From a virus (Duplodnaviria > Caudoviricetes), in IMG/VR virus record IMGVR_UViG_3300022909_001346, positions 1 through 45,688 of that record: a DNA stretch of 45,688 nucleotides; one strand, written 5' to 3'. A program made the position numbers and the translations under genes. Below are positions 9,005 through 17,568 of the stretch, one piece after another; within the stretch, counting starts at the first letter, position 1, and each line of letters opens with the position of its first letter. The notes beneath the pieces are model-generated. The model searched no databases, was not told the DNA's origin, and saw nothing but the letters and a program-made list of their open reading frames with translations.

Positions 9005-9776
9005 AATTTACCTGAAATTCTTTTGCAACGAATGAATGATATATTGGTCCAGGGTGTAATAAATCTCTGCCTAAATTGCTTTGAGCGGCAGATCTGAATG
9101 GTTCCTCCCATGAACGAAGCGGGCGTGTGAGTCCTTCTATGACTTCTTCCGCAAAAGGTTCAAGAACATCTAGTGACACATTGTGAGAATCGCAAAGTCC
9201 TTTTATAGCATACAACGCTCTAGACTTTGATATAGCTGCTTCTCTTTCATTCAAGAACCTATGAGCATCTCCAGGAAAATAACGTCCAGTAGACCAAGCA
9301 CTGAATGTGTGGTACATGTGAGGCGTAAAGTCCATGTTAAAGAATTCACGCCTCACTCCTGGATTTGTGAGTAAAAATACATGTTTCGATTTAAGTATAG
9401 GCAGCCAATACTGCAAGACTCTAAACATTGTTTCGACGCCACATGCTGGTGCGCCTAGGTTATAACCATGCATGTCAAGCGATTCACTTAATACGCTAGG
9501 CCAAGATTGCTCCTCTGTCACACCTACGCCAAATGTACAACTGCAACCAAGTGCAATGAAGCTATCCGATTTTATAGGATGCAAGTCATCCCCTCGGAAT
9601 CCGTGCGAGTTTACTCTATACGTTATTGAATCTTCGTCCCACGGGAATCGTTCCAAATACTCGCTTTTGCTTTCTTCAAATTTCTTCTTGGTATCCGGCG
9701 GGTACCAGTCATAAGTTTTTCCATATTGCATGCCGTTAAATAACGGAATACAACTATCCGGATCAAGATCACTCAT
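8994..9776 (-). CDS. SGNH hydrolase-like protein
   Basis: NSHGFRG, ALGCSCTFGVGV...WP, NLGAPACG, GRDLLHPG. ATGA-coupled start at 9776. Confidence 0.7.
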   Translation of the reverse strand: MSDLDPDSCIPLFNGMQYGKTYDWYPPDTKKKFEESKSEYLERFPWDEDSITYRVNSHGFRGDDLHPIKSDSFIALGCSCTFGVGVTEEQSWPSVLSESLDMHGYNLGAPACGVETMFRVLQYWLPILKSKHVFLLTNPGVRREFFNMDFTPHMYHTFSAWSTGRYFPGDAHRFLNEREAAISKSRALYAIKGLCDSHNVSLDVLEPFAEEVIEGLTRPLRSWEEPFRSAAQSNLGRDLLHPGPIYHSFVAKEFQVNYGN

Positions 9777-10333
9777 TTCCAAACCACACAATCTATAGGA
9801 TTCATGCTATACCCCTTATCTTTCAAATCAATATAATAAACATTCTGCAACATAGTACTTTTTGGATCAACCTGAAACAACCATCTTTCATCATGCTTCA
9901 AGCGACTCCAAAAAGGATCATTTTGTAGATGTGTGTATCCTGCAGGCGTTCGCTTCTTTTGATAGATTGCATTCAACGCTCTGTTCTTAACATCGTGTGT
10001 CCAGTAGACACAATCATAATCTCTGTCAGTAGCCCAGTCAATCATAGCAGGTAATATAAACCGTGTACCTAATGCCTGATTGCGATATTGTTTCAATGCA
10101 TGAAATCTGCATGCTCTTAAAACTTTAGCGTCTTTCGTAGCATAATGGTCTTGTTCAATTACACCAAGTGCGGCAATCTCATTTTCACCCGTAACATAGA
10201 AAGTCTGCCCATTCAGATTATCAGGATCGAATTTAGATTCTGCTAGTGCTTCATTGCCTTCTGCAAAAGTATTCTGTCTGAAATCTTCAACTTGCGATCT
10301 TACTTCGGAAGTGTATTCTCTAACCTCAAACAT
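9773..10333 (-). CDS. GNAT-family acetyl/acyltransferase
   Basis: RFHALKQYRNQALGT resembles the acetyl-CoA-binding motif A; RALNAIY follows. Confidence 0.55.
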   Translation of the reverse strand: MFEVREYTSEVRSQVEDFRQNTFAEGNEALAESKFDPDNLNGQTFYVTGENEIAALGVIEQDHYATKDAKVLRACRFHALKQYRNQALGTRFILPAMIDWATDRDYDCVYWTHDVKNRALNAIYQKKRTPAGYTHLQNDPFWSRLKHDERWLFQVDPKSTMLQNVYYIDLKDKGYSMNPIDCVVWK

Positions 10334-11001
10334 TCTATATCCTCTTGACCACCTAATGTACCTAATAAGTAGTATCTAATGTCGTCGCCATTGTGAAAAA
10401 CCGCATGCTTATAACCAACGTTTAAAAAATACGCTTTACCCTCTTCCATCTCATAATCAAACTCTTCGCCGCGGTGATAAAATCGATTGACTACGCCACT
10501 GTTACCAGATATAGGTATTATAAAACGAACCGCGTATGTTGTGTTATAATCAATATGCGGAGGCACCACACACCCTGGTAGCATTCTTGACATTCGCAAT
10601 CGTATGATAGGCGCATCAAATGATGCGCTCAACGTATGCATCAAATCAGTGCCTTCATAATGATCAAGCGGTTTGTGCCATCGATACTCATCCATTGTAG
10701 GGTGTATGTTTGCATTTCTACGCAACTTATCTTTTGGTGAGAAACTTGTGAACGATGCAGTGGTAGGTTCATCGTCTGCTTCAAAGTCAAGTCCTGTAAG
10801 ATGGTAATGCTCGATAAGTCCAAGGGTAGAGTCTGCAACTTCGCCATTGTTCACACATAATCCGCCATGAGCGGTGTAATTGTCTTGCCATCTATGCATA
10901 TTCGCTGCAAGATATGCGTTGAATACATCCATATTCACTGCAATAGGCAATTCAGCACAAAGAGGATAATCTCGTTTTTTATACTTTAGCATTTCGATCA
11001 A
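10300..11001 (-). CDS. Asp/Asn beta-hydroxylase-like 2OG-Fe(II) oxygenase
   Basis: RLRMSRMLPGCVVPPHID...RFIIPI...GKAYFLNVGYKHAVFHNGDDIRYYL (HxD...H...R). Confidence 0.75.
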   Translation of the reverse strand: MIEMLKYKKRDYPLCAELPIAVNMDVFNAYLAANMHRWQDNYTAHGGLCVNNGEVADSTLGLIEHYHLTGLDFEADDEPTTASFTSFSPKDKLRRNANIHPTMDEYRWHKPLDHYEGTDLMHTLSASFDAPIIRLRMSRMLPGCVVPPHIDYNTTYAVRFIIPISGNSGVVNRFYHRGEEFDYEMEEGKAYFLNVGYKHAVFHNGDDIRYYLLGTLGGQEDIECLRLENTLPK

Positions 11002-11689
11002 TCAGTCTAATAAGTTGCCCGCCTATATCAAGAGGGTGCCAGAGAACCTTTCTAGGGTCTGCGTGATGTGGTGCATGAAAGCCTTCACCAAATGTAATTA
11101 AGCCAACCCAGATATCACTATGCGCCTGCCTATTCCGGTGCGAATATGTAAACACTAGAGAGCCAATAAGTTTAGCAAGTCCTGCAGGTGCTAACCAAGC
11201 GTATATCAAAGCAAACGGATCAAGTACAAACAATAAGTATGCCCAGAAAAATATGATAGGCCAGTAGTATGCTACTTGCAATCTATATCTTTTATTTCGC
11301 AGCATGTCTCGGCACAATGAAAAATCAATCTTTGCCATCACTTGTAAAAAGTAAGCACGAAACACGCCTCTGTAATACGGCGAATGTGGGTCAAGTTCGG
11401 TGTCTGTGTACTTGTGATGTTCTCTGTGATTTGCAACCCAGACTATCGCAGGACCGACCATCATAATATGAGCAAAGAATGCCATCGTAAACTCAAGCCA
11501 TGCAGGGCAGACAAAGGAGCGATGTGATAAAAGACGATGATATAATATCGTAATTGATGACATTATACAAGCATAAATTGCAAATGTAATACCTAACTGC
11601 CAAGGCGTTGCATACATGAATAGAGGAACGACAGATAGCATTGCAACTAGCTGCCCTAACAATAAAGTCTGTGGTAAATATTTACCCAT
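10979..11689 (-). CDS. Membrane fatty-acid (delta-9-type) desaturase
   Basis: Three His boxes (HRLLSH, HREHH, FGEGFHAPHH), DPHSP and hydrophobic transmembrane segments. Confidence 0.88.
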   Translation of the reverse strand: MGKYLPQTLLLGQLVAMLSVVPLFMYATPWQLGITFAIYACIMSSITILYHRLLSHRSFVCPAWLEFTMAFFAHIMMVGPAIVWVANHREHHKYTDTELDPHSPYYRGVFRAYFLQVMAKIDFSLCRDMLRNKRYRLQVAYYWPIIFFWAYLLFVLDPFALIYAWLAPAGLAKLIGSLVFTYSHRNRQAHSDIWVGLITFGEGFHAPHHADPRKVLWHPLDIGGQLIRLIDRNAKV

Positions 11690-11991
11690 TACTGATCTCG
11701 TCTCATTGATTTAAATTTTCGTACTTTGCCATCATAAAAAAGCATCTGCCACCAAGGAGTATCTTTTTTCATTTTAGGAAGCGTGTATTCTACCTTAGTA
11801 CCATCTGGTCGCACCCAGACAACATGGTATCCTTTCCATCTTTTAGATGGATACCACTCGGCTCGACCACCGTACTTTATGAGTTTCTCAAGCGTCCAAA
11901 AATAACAATTATTTTTTTTTGTAAACAACCTTACAGGCCATGTCCAAAAGAAAATCACCATCAAGATACATGTAAATACTTTTCTATTCAT
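11689..11991 (-). CDS. Hypothetical protein with hydrophobic N-terminus
   Basis: 100-aa ORF whose stop abuts the desaturase start. Confidence 0.6.
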   Translation of the reverse strand: MNRKVFTCILMVIFFWTWPVRLFTKKNNCYFWTLEKLIKYGGRAEWYPSKRWKGYHVVWVRPDGTKVEYTLPKMKKDTPWWQMLFYDGKVRKFKSMRRDQ

Positions 11992-11999
11992 GTACCTAT

Positions 12000-12287
12000 T
12001 TATCTGCCTATGTGACGAACATCCGTAGTAGGGATAACTTGATACGCGCCTTTGTTGTATGCGGGTGCAACTGTGAAATTCTTAGACACTTCCTGCTTGT
12101 ATGATTCATCTTTTGCAGGCTGATATTTGGTAAGTGCGCCCGATTTATACTGAGGGCTATCTTGACCAATAGAATAACTAGTCAATTCTTTGAATTCAGC
12201 TTTGCGTTTTCTGGGCTTAGACCACGCTTTTGTCTTGCGCTTGCGACCAGAAGTAGTGTGTTGCATTGAACCTCGAAACGACTGCAT
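12000..12287 (-). CDS. Basic hypothetical phage protein
   Basis: Start MQSFRG at 12287 with an AAGGA RBS; C-terminal VAPAYNKGAYQVI motif; downstream of a consensus sigma70 promoter. Confidence 0.65.
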   Translation of the reverse strand: MQSFRGSMQHTTSGRKRKTKAWSKPRKRKAEFKELTSYSIGQDSPQYKSGALTKYQPAKDESYKQEVSKNFTVAPAYNKGAYQVIPTTDVRHIGR

Positions 12288-12304
12288 GCCTAATGATCCT
12301 TTGT

Positions 12305-12312
12305 TATAAATA
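12305..12312 (+). promoter_or_regulatory. T4-type late promoter TATAAATA
   Basis: Exact TATAAATA about 80 nt upstream of the + strand operon starting at 12391. Confidence 0.75.
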
Positions 12313-12321
12313 CAGTATATT

Positions 12322-12350
12322 ATTATACAGGAGGCGAGCCGCACTGTCAA
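12322..12350 (-). promoter_or_regulatory. Sigma70 promoter TTGACA-N17-TATAAT
   Basis: Perfect consensus on the minus strand upstream of 12287. Confidence 0.85.
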
Positions 12351-12390
12351 CAACTAAGTAACCAAAATTGACAAATAGGAGATAATTATC

Positions 12391-13419
12391 ATGCGTCATG
12401 CATATATCCTTTCAATATGTCTAGTCATAATGTCAATATCAGTTAGTGCAGAGGAAACTACCACTAACATCAACAATACTACCGATACTACAAGTACGGT
12501 AAACTCCACTTCAGCGAACGCAAACACTAATACGAATACCAACACTAATACGAATGCTACAACGTATACCGGTGTGAACATTAGTACCAACAATAATACA
12601 AATGCAAATACAAATGTGAACACATCGACCTACACTGGCACGAACAACAACACCAATACTAATGCAACTACAATAACTGGCAACAACACTAACACCAATG
12701 CCAATACGAATGTAAACACATCTACTGTAACTGGTACAAATACCAATACCAATAATAACACCAATAACAATACAGTAAATTCTACTAGCAACTCAACGTC
12801 GAATGTAAACCAAAATCAAAATGTGAATAGCAACAGTACTAGCGACAACCGAAGCGAGTCTACTAGTGACAACAGAAACACGAATGTCAACACTAGCAAT
12901 TCAAATTCCAATTCTTCTATAGAGTCTAAGAATGAGAATACGAACAGAAACGAGAATATCAACAAAACTGAAACAACTGTAAAATCACCCCCACCAAGTG
13001 CAATTGCTCCCAGTATCGGCAGCTCATACTCGCAAGACTTGTGTACAACAGGAATCAGTGGCGCAGTTCAGACTCAGATATTCGGTTTCTCTGGTGGCAA
13101 GGCTATAAGAGATGAAAACTGTGAACGAATCAAACTTTCCAAGACCTTGTATGACATGGGTATGAAAGTGGCAGCAGTGTCTCTCATGTGCCAAGATCAA
13201 CGAGTTTGGAACGCAATGAGAATGGCAGGTACTCCTTGTCCGTTTGAAGGTACTATAGGCGATGATGCAAAAGACAAGTGGAAACTCAACCCTGAAGAAT
13301 TGCCTAAAGGAGTGGAACCTAAAACAAATAGGTTAGCATCAAATGAAGACGTAACTTATAATATATACTCTAAGGAAGACTTCTGTGCTAAAAATCCTGA
13401 AGAAGCTGTTTGCATCTAG
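12391..13419 (+). CDS. Secreted Asn/Thr-rich repeat protein with a Cys-containing C-terminal domain
   Basis: AGGAG RBS; signal-peptide-like N-terminus ending SVSA; about 175 aa of NT-rich low complexity; globular C-terminus (DLCTTGISG...DENCERIK...MCQD...TPCP). Confidence 0.8.
   Translation: MRHAYILSICLVIMSISVSAEETTTNINNTTDTTSTVNSTSANANTNTNTNTNTNATTYTGVNISTNNNTNANTNVNTSTYTGTNNNTNTNATTITGNNTNTNANTNVNTSTVTGTNTNTNNNTNNNTVNSTSNSTSNVNQNQNVNSNSTSDNRSESTSDNRNTNVNTSNSNSNSSIESKNENTNRNENINKTETTVKSPPPSAIAPSIGSSYSQDLCTTGISGAVQTQIFGFSGGKAIRDENCERIKLSKTLYDMGMKVAAVSLMCQDQRVWNAMRMAGTPCPFEGTIGDDAKDKWKLNPEELPKGVEPKTNRLASNEDVTYNIYSKEDFCAKNPEEAVCI
12451..12980 (+). repeat. Coding low-complexity (Asn-Thr)n repeat region
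   Basis: Units such as NANTNVNTSTYTG, NANTNVNTSTVTG and TNTNATTITG; codons vary between copies. Confidence 0.8.
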
Positions 13420-15481
13420 TCTAATTCTAGTAAGTGCAAACGCATACGGTGCCGCGGACTATTTAGATCCAAAAGGCATGATCCAAGTTATGGACGGTTA
13501 CGATGACGGCACTGTCCATATCAACTTGGGTCACAACTTCCCCTATTTTGGACACACGTTTACCGATGTATGGATGTCTACCAATGGCTTCCTAATGTTT
13601 TACGATCCAACAGTCAATGTAGGAAATCCTAACTACAACAACAGTTATTGTTGCAGCGGACTAGATCTCGCAAATATGACAGAAATAGGTCGATTCAGTT
13701 ATATGATGGCGCCGCTGTGGACTGACTTACTAGATAAAACTATTGGCGATGACTCTGGGTATTTTTATAAAACAAATGAAAATGGGTCAGCATTTCTTTG
13801 GTACAACATACACGAATTTTACAACGACAACACAAATACATTTCAAGTAGACCTTTACACGGATGGCTCGTTTGATTTCATTTATGATGAGGTTGATGTC
13901 ACACAGCATGCCACGTTTATAGGATTCACTGGAGACGTTACCTCAAACGCGAATGATCTTACCACGCTACAGTATGAGGCGCAAAGCATCGACGAATTTG
14001 GACTAAATTTCATTGATCAAACATTCAGTGGTGGTAGAGCATGGTACGGAGATGACGGTGGATATGGTAGCATCGATTGTTCGGACCCTCTGAATGACTC
14101 TAGCTGTCCAGGGTACGATGATGCATATTTTGATCAACAGTGTACAAATAATTCTCTCTATGACTCACAATGTCCTGGATATGCAGATGCTTTTTACACC
14201 CAACAATGCAATTCAGATCCTTTTTACGATACTGGCTGCTCAGGGTACGATGATGCATATTTTGAGCAGCAATGCAACTACGACCAACAATATGATTTTC
14301 AATGTCCAGGTTATATCGAAGAAGTGTTCGAGGACCCGACAGAAATAGCAAACGAGTTTGAAAGTTCACCGATTGACAGTGGTATGGACACCGGAATGGA
14401 CGACGGATCGACATTCAATGAATTTGGCATCGAAGAGGTAGATTTTTCAGAACCTCAGATGGAAGAAACGCTAATTATGGACGAATTTGCGCCGATGGAA
14501 GAGTTCAATGAGCCAATGGAACAACAATATGAAGAACCGCCCGTACAACAAGAACAAATAATGGTAGTCGAAGAGGCATTTGAAGAAACGATGCCAGAAA
14601 TTGAAGAAATTTTCGAGCCGGAGCCAATTATTGAAGAAGAAATCGAAATTTTAGAAGATTTAGAGATTACCGAGGTATTTGAAGAAGACATAATCGAAAA
14701 ACCAGTAGCCAAAACGCAAAAATCAGGTAAAAAACGAGATAATAGCCTAGCAATATCAGTTTCAGTCAGCATGGCTAACAATTTAGTGAGCAATTTAGAG
14801 CAAAAAGCGATTTCCGAAAGCGAATCGAGTGAAAATACAGTGTCAAGCAGTGATTCTTCGGCAGGTTATCAGAGTGCAAGCAGTTCACAAAGCGGTTCGG
14901 ATAGTAATAGTACAGAAAATGACGGCTCAAGTCAAGGATCTTTTGCAGATAACAGCAATGGAAGCGATTCTGGGGCATCTGGAAACGCTTTTTCAGACAT
15001 TTTCTCTTCCGACACAGCACTATTCATCAACATGACTGGCGAAACCTCGTCTACAGCGTCTGACGGCACTACAGATAGCGATCAACCATCGATTACAACA
15101 GAAGATGTAGGTCAGAACGTTGCATTGGGAGACGCAGCACCAATTGGATTTGCTATTATCCCACCCCCAGCACCAGAAATGCAGGTAGAGGTAGTTGAGG
15201 TCAAGTCGCTTGCTGAAAGAATTGCTGATCAAGTAGCAGCAAGCAAGCGAGAAAATTCAAATGAAATGGCAGTTGGGCAGACCTCACTGATAAAAACGCT
15301 TGCATCAGGTGTTGATGTTAGTGCATACTACAATGTAGAATATGCTCAAGGAGATCAGTTCTATACGAGCAAAGATATTTACACTGGGGTTATAATGAGA
15401 GATAATTTCAGAACACACTATAACATGTTCTCTAAAAGTTACGGGACCATGAACAAATTAATAAGGAGTCAATATGAGTGA
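13385..15481 (+). CDS. Secreted protein: NIDO-like domain, Cys-rich repeats, acidic and Ser-rich linker
   Basis: Signal-like N-terminus. FPYFGHTFTDVWMSTNGFLMF...MAPLWTDL...NTFQVDLYTDGSFDFIY resembles a NIDO domain. Four CPGY repeats and a Glu-rich tract follow. Confidence 0.75.
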   Translation: MLKILKKLFASSLILVSANAYGAADYLDPKGMIQVMDGYDDGTVHINLGHNFPYFGHTFTDVWMSTNGFLMFYDPTVNVGNPNYNNSYCCSGLDLANMTEIGRFSYMMAPLWTDLLDKTIGDDSGYFYKTNENGSAFLWYNIHEFYNDNTNTFQVDLYTDGSFDFIYDEVDVTQHATFIGFTGDVTSNANDLTTLQYEAQSIDEFGLNFIDQTFSGGRAWYGDDGGYGSIDCSDPLNDSSCPGYDDAYFDQQCTNNSLYDSQCPGYADAFYTQQCNSDPFYDTGCSGYDDAYFEQQCNYDQQYDFQCPGYIEEVFEDPTEIANEFESSPIDSGMDTGMDDGSTFNEFGIEEVDFSEPQMEETLIMDEFAPMEEFNEPMEQQYEEPPVQQEQIMVVEEAFEETMPEIEEIFEPEPIIEEEIEILEDLEITEVFEEDIIEKPVAKTQKSGKKRDNSLAISVSVSMANNLVSNLEQKAISESESSENTVSSSDSSAGYQSASSSQSGSDSNSTENDGSSQGSFADNSNGSDSGASGNAFSDIFSSDTALFINMTGETSSTASDGTTDSDQPSITTEDVGQNVALGDAAPIGFAIIPPPAPEMQVEVVEVKSLAERIADQVAASKRENSNEMAVGQTSLIKTLASGVDVSAYYNVEYAQGDQFYTSKDIYTGVIMRDNFRTHYNMFSKSYGTMNKLIRSQYE
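14078..14314 (+). repeat. 66-bp (22-aa) coding tandem repeat, about 3.6 copies
   Basis: C[PS]GY codons at 14105, 14171, 14237 and 14303. Identical 25-mer cagggtacgatgatgcatattttga at 14109 and 14241. Confidence 0.85.
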
Positions 15482-15971
15482 ACAAACAGAGATCGAAATT
15501 GGCGGCGTAAAACTCAAGGGCGGTAAAATGCTTGCAGTTGCGATGGCACTATCTACCGCAGTAGGTGCATTGTACGGGGGCTTTGAAGTCTACAAAGACT
15601 ACATGGATATGAAAGAGCAGATATCTGCATACGTTGCCCCAGACTTGTCTGAAATCAATCAGGGTATCGCAGTGTTACAGGAAACTGTCACATCGCAAAA
15701 TACTACAATTGAAGCGCAACAAAGTATTATTGTAGGATTAGAAAAGCAAATGAATACGTCAAACGAGAGCCAACTCAATTCGCGTACCATTATGCAAGAA
15801 AGTATAAATAGAATTGATGGAGATATGCAATCAGTGTTTAGCGATTTGCGAGACAATGGCAAACGACTATACGAATTAGAAGTGAACACCAACAAAGAAA
15901 TGTTGGATATTAGAAAGTCTATCAATACACAAATCGAGGAAGCACTCGCAAACCCATTATCAGGTAGCTAA
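15474..15971 (+). CDS. Membrane-anchored coiled-coil protein
   Basis: Transmembrane segment MLAVAMALSTAVGALYGGF followed by a heptad-rich helix; overlaps the upstream stop. Confidence 0.75.
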   Translation: MSEQTEIEIGGVKLKGGKMLAVAMALSTAVGALYGGFEVYKDYMDMKEQISAYVAPDLSEINQGIAVLQETVTSQNTTIEAQQSIIVGLEKQMNTSNESQLNSRTIMQESINRIDGDMQSVFSDLRDNGKRLYELEVNTNKEMLDIRKSINTQIEEALANPLSGS

Positions 15972-15972
15972 C

Positions 15973-16710
15973 ATGGCAGGCACATCAGCAGAAAGACAAG
16001 AAAACGCATTAGTCAAAATGATAAACGATGCGGTGAAAAAGAACGGTGTGGCCATCAAAGTTAAAGCTGGAAAGGTGACTGTAAACAATGTTGTAAAAGC
16101 TGAAAAGTTTGGTGGAAGACAAGTATCTGGTTCTGAACCTTATATTGACGTTAATCTTGTTTTGAAAAATGGAAAAACTGTAGGACTTTCCATGAAAGGT
16201 GAATCAGCTCCCTCGCTTGCGGGTGGGGGGTTGAAAGGAATAAACTTAGCGGTTCCTGGATTAGCAGATAGATTTATGAAAGCAGTGTTCGCGCACCTGA
16301 TGAAGAAAATTCAACCAGGTGATAAAGTGCCGGATGTGTACGGAAAAATTTCTGTAACGTACAAAGAAAAAATTGTAGTAGGGAACAAAAACATGGGGGG
16401 ACCTATAGACTACATGTATATTGGAAGTATGAATCCCACATCAAGTTATGATAAGAATAAAAACTGCTTAGAGTTTAGAAATGGTGATCTGTTTGAAGCA
16501 AAAGAATATGCTAAGAGCCATGATTTGTATTTTCGTTTAAGAGCAAGAAGAGAAGATCAAGTATTTGATCCTGAAGCGAAAGACAACAAGAACGTACCTA
16601 AGATCTATAGTAAGTCTCCTAGCAGAGGCGACAGCGCAGGTAGAATAGTAGTAACAGACAAAGTACCAACAAACGCTAGAACGAGCGGCAACATTGTGAG
16701 AGTCAACTAA
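15973..16710 (+). CDS. Putative PD-(D/E)XK-fold nuclease
   Basis: N-terminal helix with E (AERQE), then EPYIDVNL...VGLSMKG (D...SxK variant). Basic protein. Confidence 0.5.
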   Translation: MAGTSAERQENALVKMINDAVKKNGVAIKVKAGKVTVNNVVKAEKFGGRQVSGSEPYIDVNLVLKNGKTVGLSMKGESAPSLAGGGLKGINLAVPGLADRFMKAVFAHLMKKIQPGDKVPDVYGKISVTYKEKIVVGNKNMGGPIDYMYIGSMNPTSSYDKNKNCLEFRNGDLFEAKEYAKSHDLYFRLRARREDQVFDPEAKDNKNVPKIYSKSPSRGDSAGRIVVTDKVPTNARTSGNIVRVN

Positions 16711-17153
16711 TCGTCGAAATTAAAAAGTTCCACGTCAGCTTGCTCTAAGAATTCGATCCCTTCAACAGTAGTATACTTTCCTTTATAGAATACTCTACTG
16801 ATGCCTGACTGATAAATCAACTTCGCGCAGTCTATACAAGGTGGTTTAGTAACGTACAGATCAGCCCCGTCACCACTCTCAGAGGACCTTGCTAGTTTAG
16901 CTATAGCATTAGTCTCTGCGTGTAACACCTCCTTTCTAGTAACTAATTTGGTAGGTATATCGTCTTGGAATGAACCGCCTATAACTACTTGAAACTCGCA
17001 CACATTGTCCCAACCGCTAGGCATGCCATTGTAGCCTATACTAATGATGCGTCTGTCTTTAACAATCACACATCCTACTTGTGCGCGTTTAGCAGTAGAC
17101 AACTTTGCGTATGTCTCTGCAACTTCCATGTGGGCTTTTTGCCATTTATCCAT
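16707..17153 (-). CDS. cd: dCMP deaminase
   Basis: VGCVIVKD.RIISIGYNGMPSG, HAETNAI, PCIDCAKLI. ATG at 17153. Confidence 0.92.
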   Translation of the reverse strand: MDKWQKAHMEVAETYAKLSTAKRAQVGCVIVKDRRIISIGYNGMPSGWDNVCEFQVVIGGSFQDDIPTKLVTRKEVLHAETNAIAKLARSSESGDGADLYVTKPPCIDCAKLIYQSGISRVFYKGKYTTVEGIEFLEQADVELFNFDD

Positions 17154-17155
17154 AC

Positions 17156-17177
17156 AAAAAAGGGGCGTTGCCGCCCC
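17156..17177 (-). terminator. Rho-independent terminator
   Basis: GGGGCG-GCAA-CGCCCC followed by six T on the minus strand, just downstream of 17196-17474. Confidence 0.85.
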
Positions 17178-17195
17178 CTCTCCTATCACTCAAGA

Positions 17196-17474
17196 TTACT
17201 GAGATTGGTTCTTTTGAGAAAGAGCCTTGTAACCAGCAGCAATTACCGCACGACTAGCAGTACCTAGACGATACCGTGATGCGCGACTACGACCACGAGA
17301 ATCCCGAGAACCTTCATTCAGGTAAATCGGAAAACCTTGCTGACGTAGGCTTGACACCATCGCAGTAGGATTCTTCACGCCAAATTGATTGCTGATTTCA
17401 CCAGCTGACAATTCTTTACCAGATTGAAACGCAGTCAACACGCGATCAGTTTTCGTTGTTACAACTTCAGTCAT
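17196..17474 (-). CDS. Winged helix-turn-helix DNA-binding protein
   Basis: VLTAFQSGKELSAGEISNQFGVKNPTAMVSSLRQQGFPIY. Has its own promoter, a GGAG RBS and a terminator. Confidence 0.75.
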   Translation of the reverse strand: MTEVVTTKTDRVLTAFQSGKELSAGEISNQFGVKNPTAMVSSLRQQGFPIYLNEGSRDSRGRSRASRYRLGTASRAVIAAGYKALSQKNQSQ

Positions 17475-17530
17475 AATATATCTCCATGACAATATTTTAA
17501 ATTAAGTAATGATCTTTCATTACAGGTTAC

Positions 17531-17559
17531 ATTATGACACACTAACTTCAGCATGTCAA
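17531..17559 (-). promoter_or_regulatory. Sigma70 promoter TTGACA-N17-CATAAT
   Basis: Near-consensus boxes upstream of the HTH gene. Confidence 0.75.
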
Positions 17560-17568
17560 CAATGATCT

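Noticed and set aside
14078-14314. 66-bp periodic repeat as a CRISPR array or diversity-generating retroelement repeat
   Set aside because: It is an in-frame protein repeat; no reverse transcriptase is present and I saw no adenine-specific variation.
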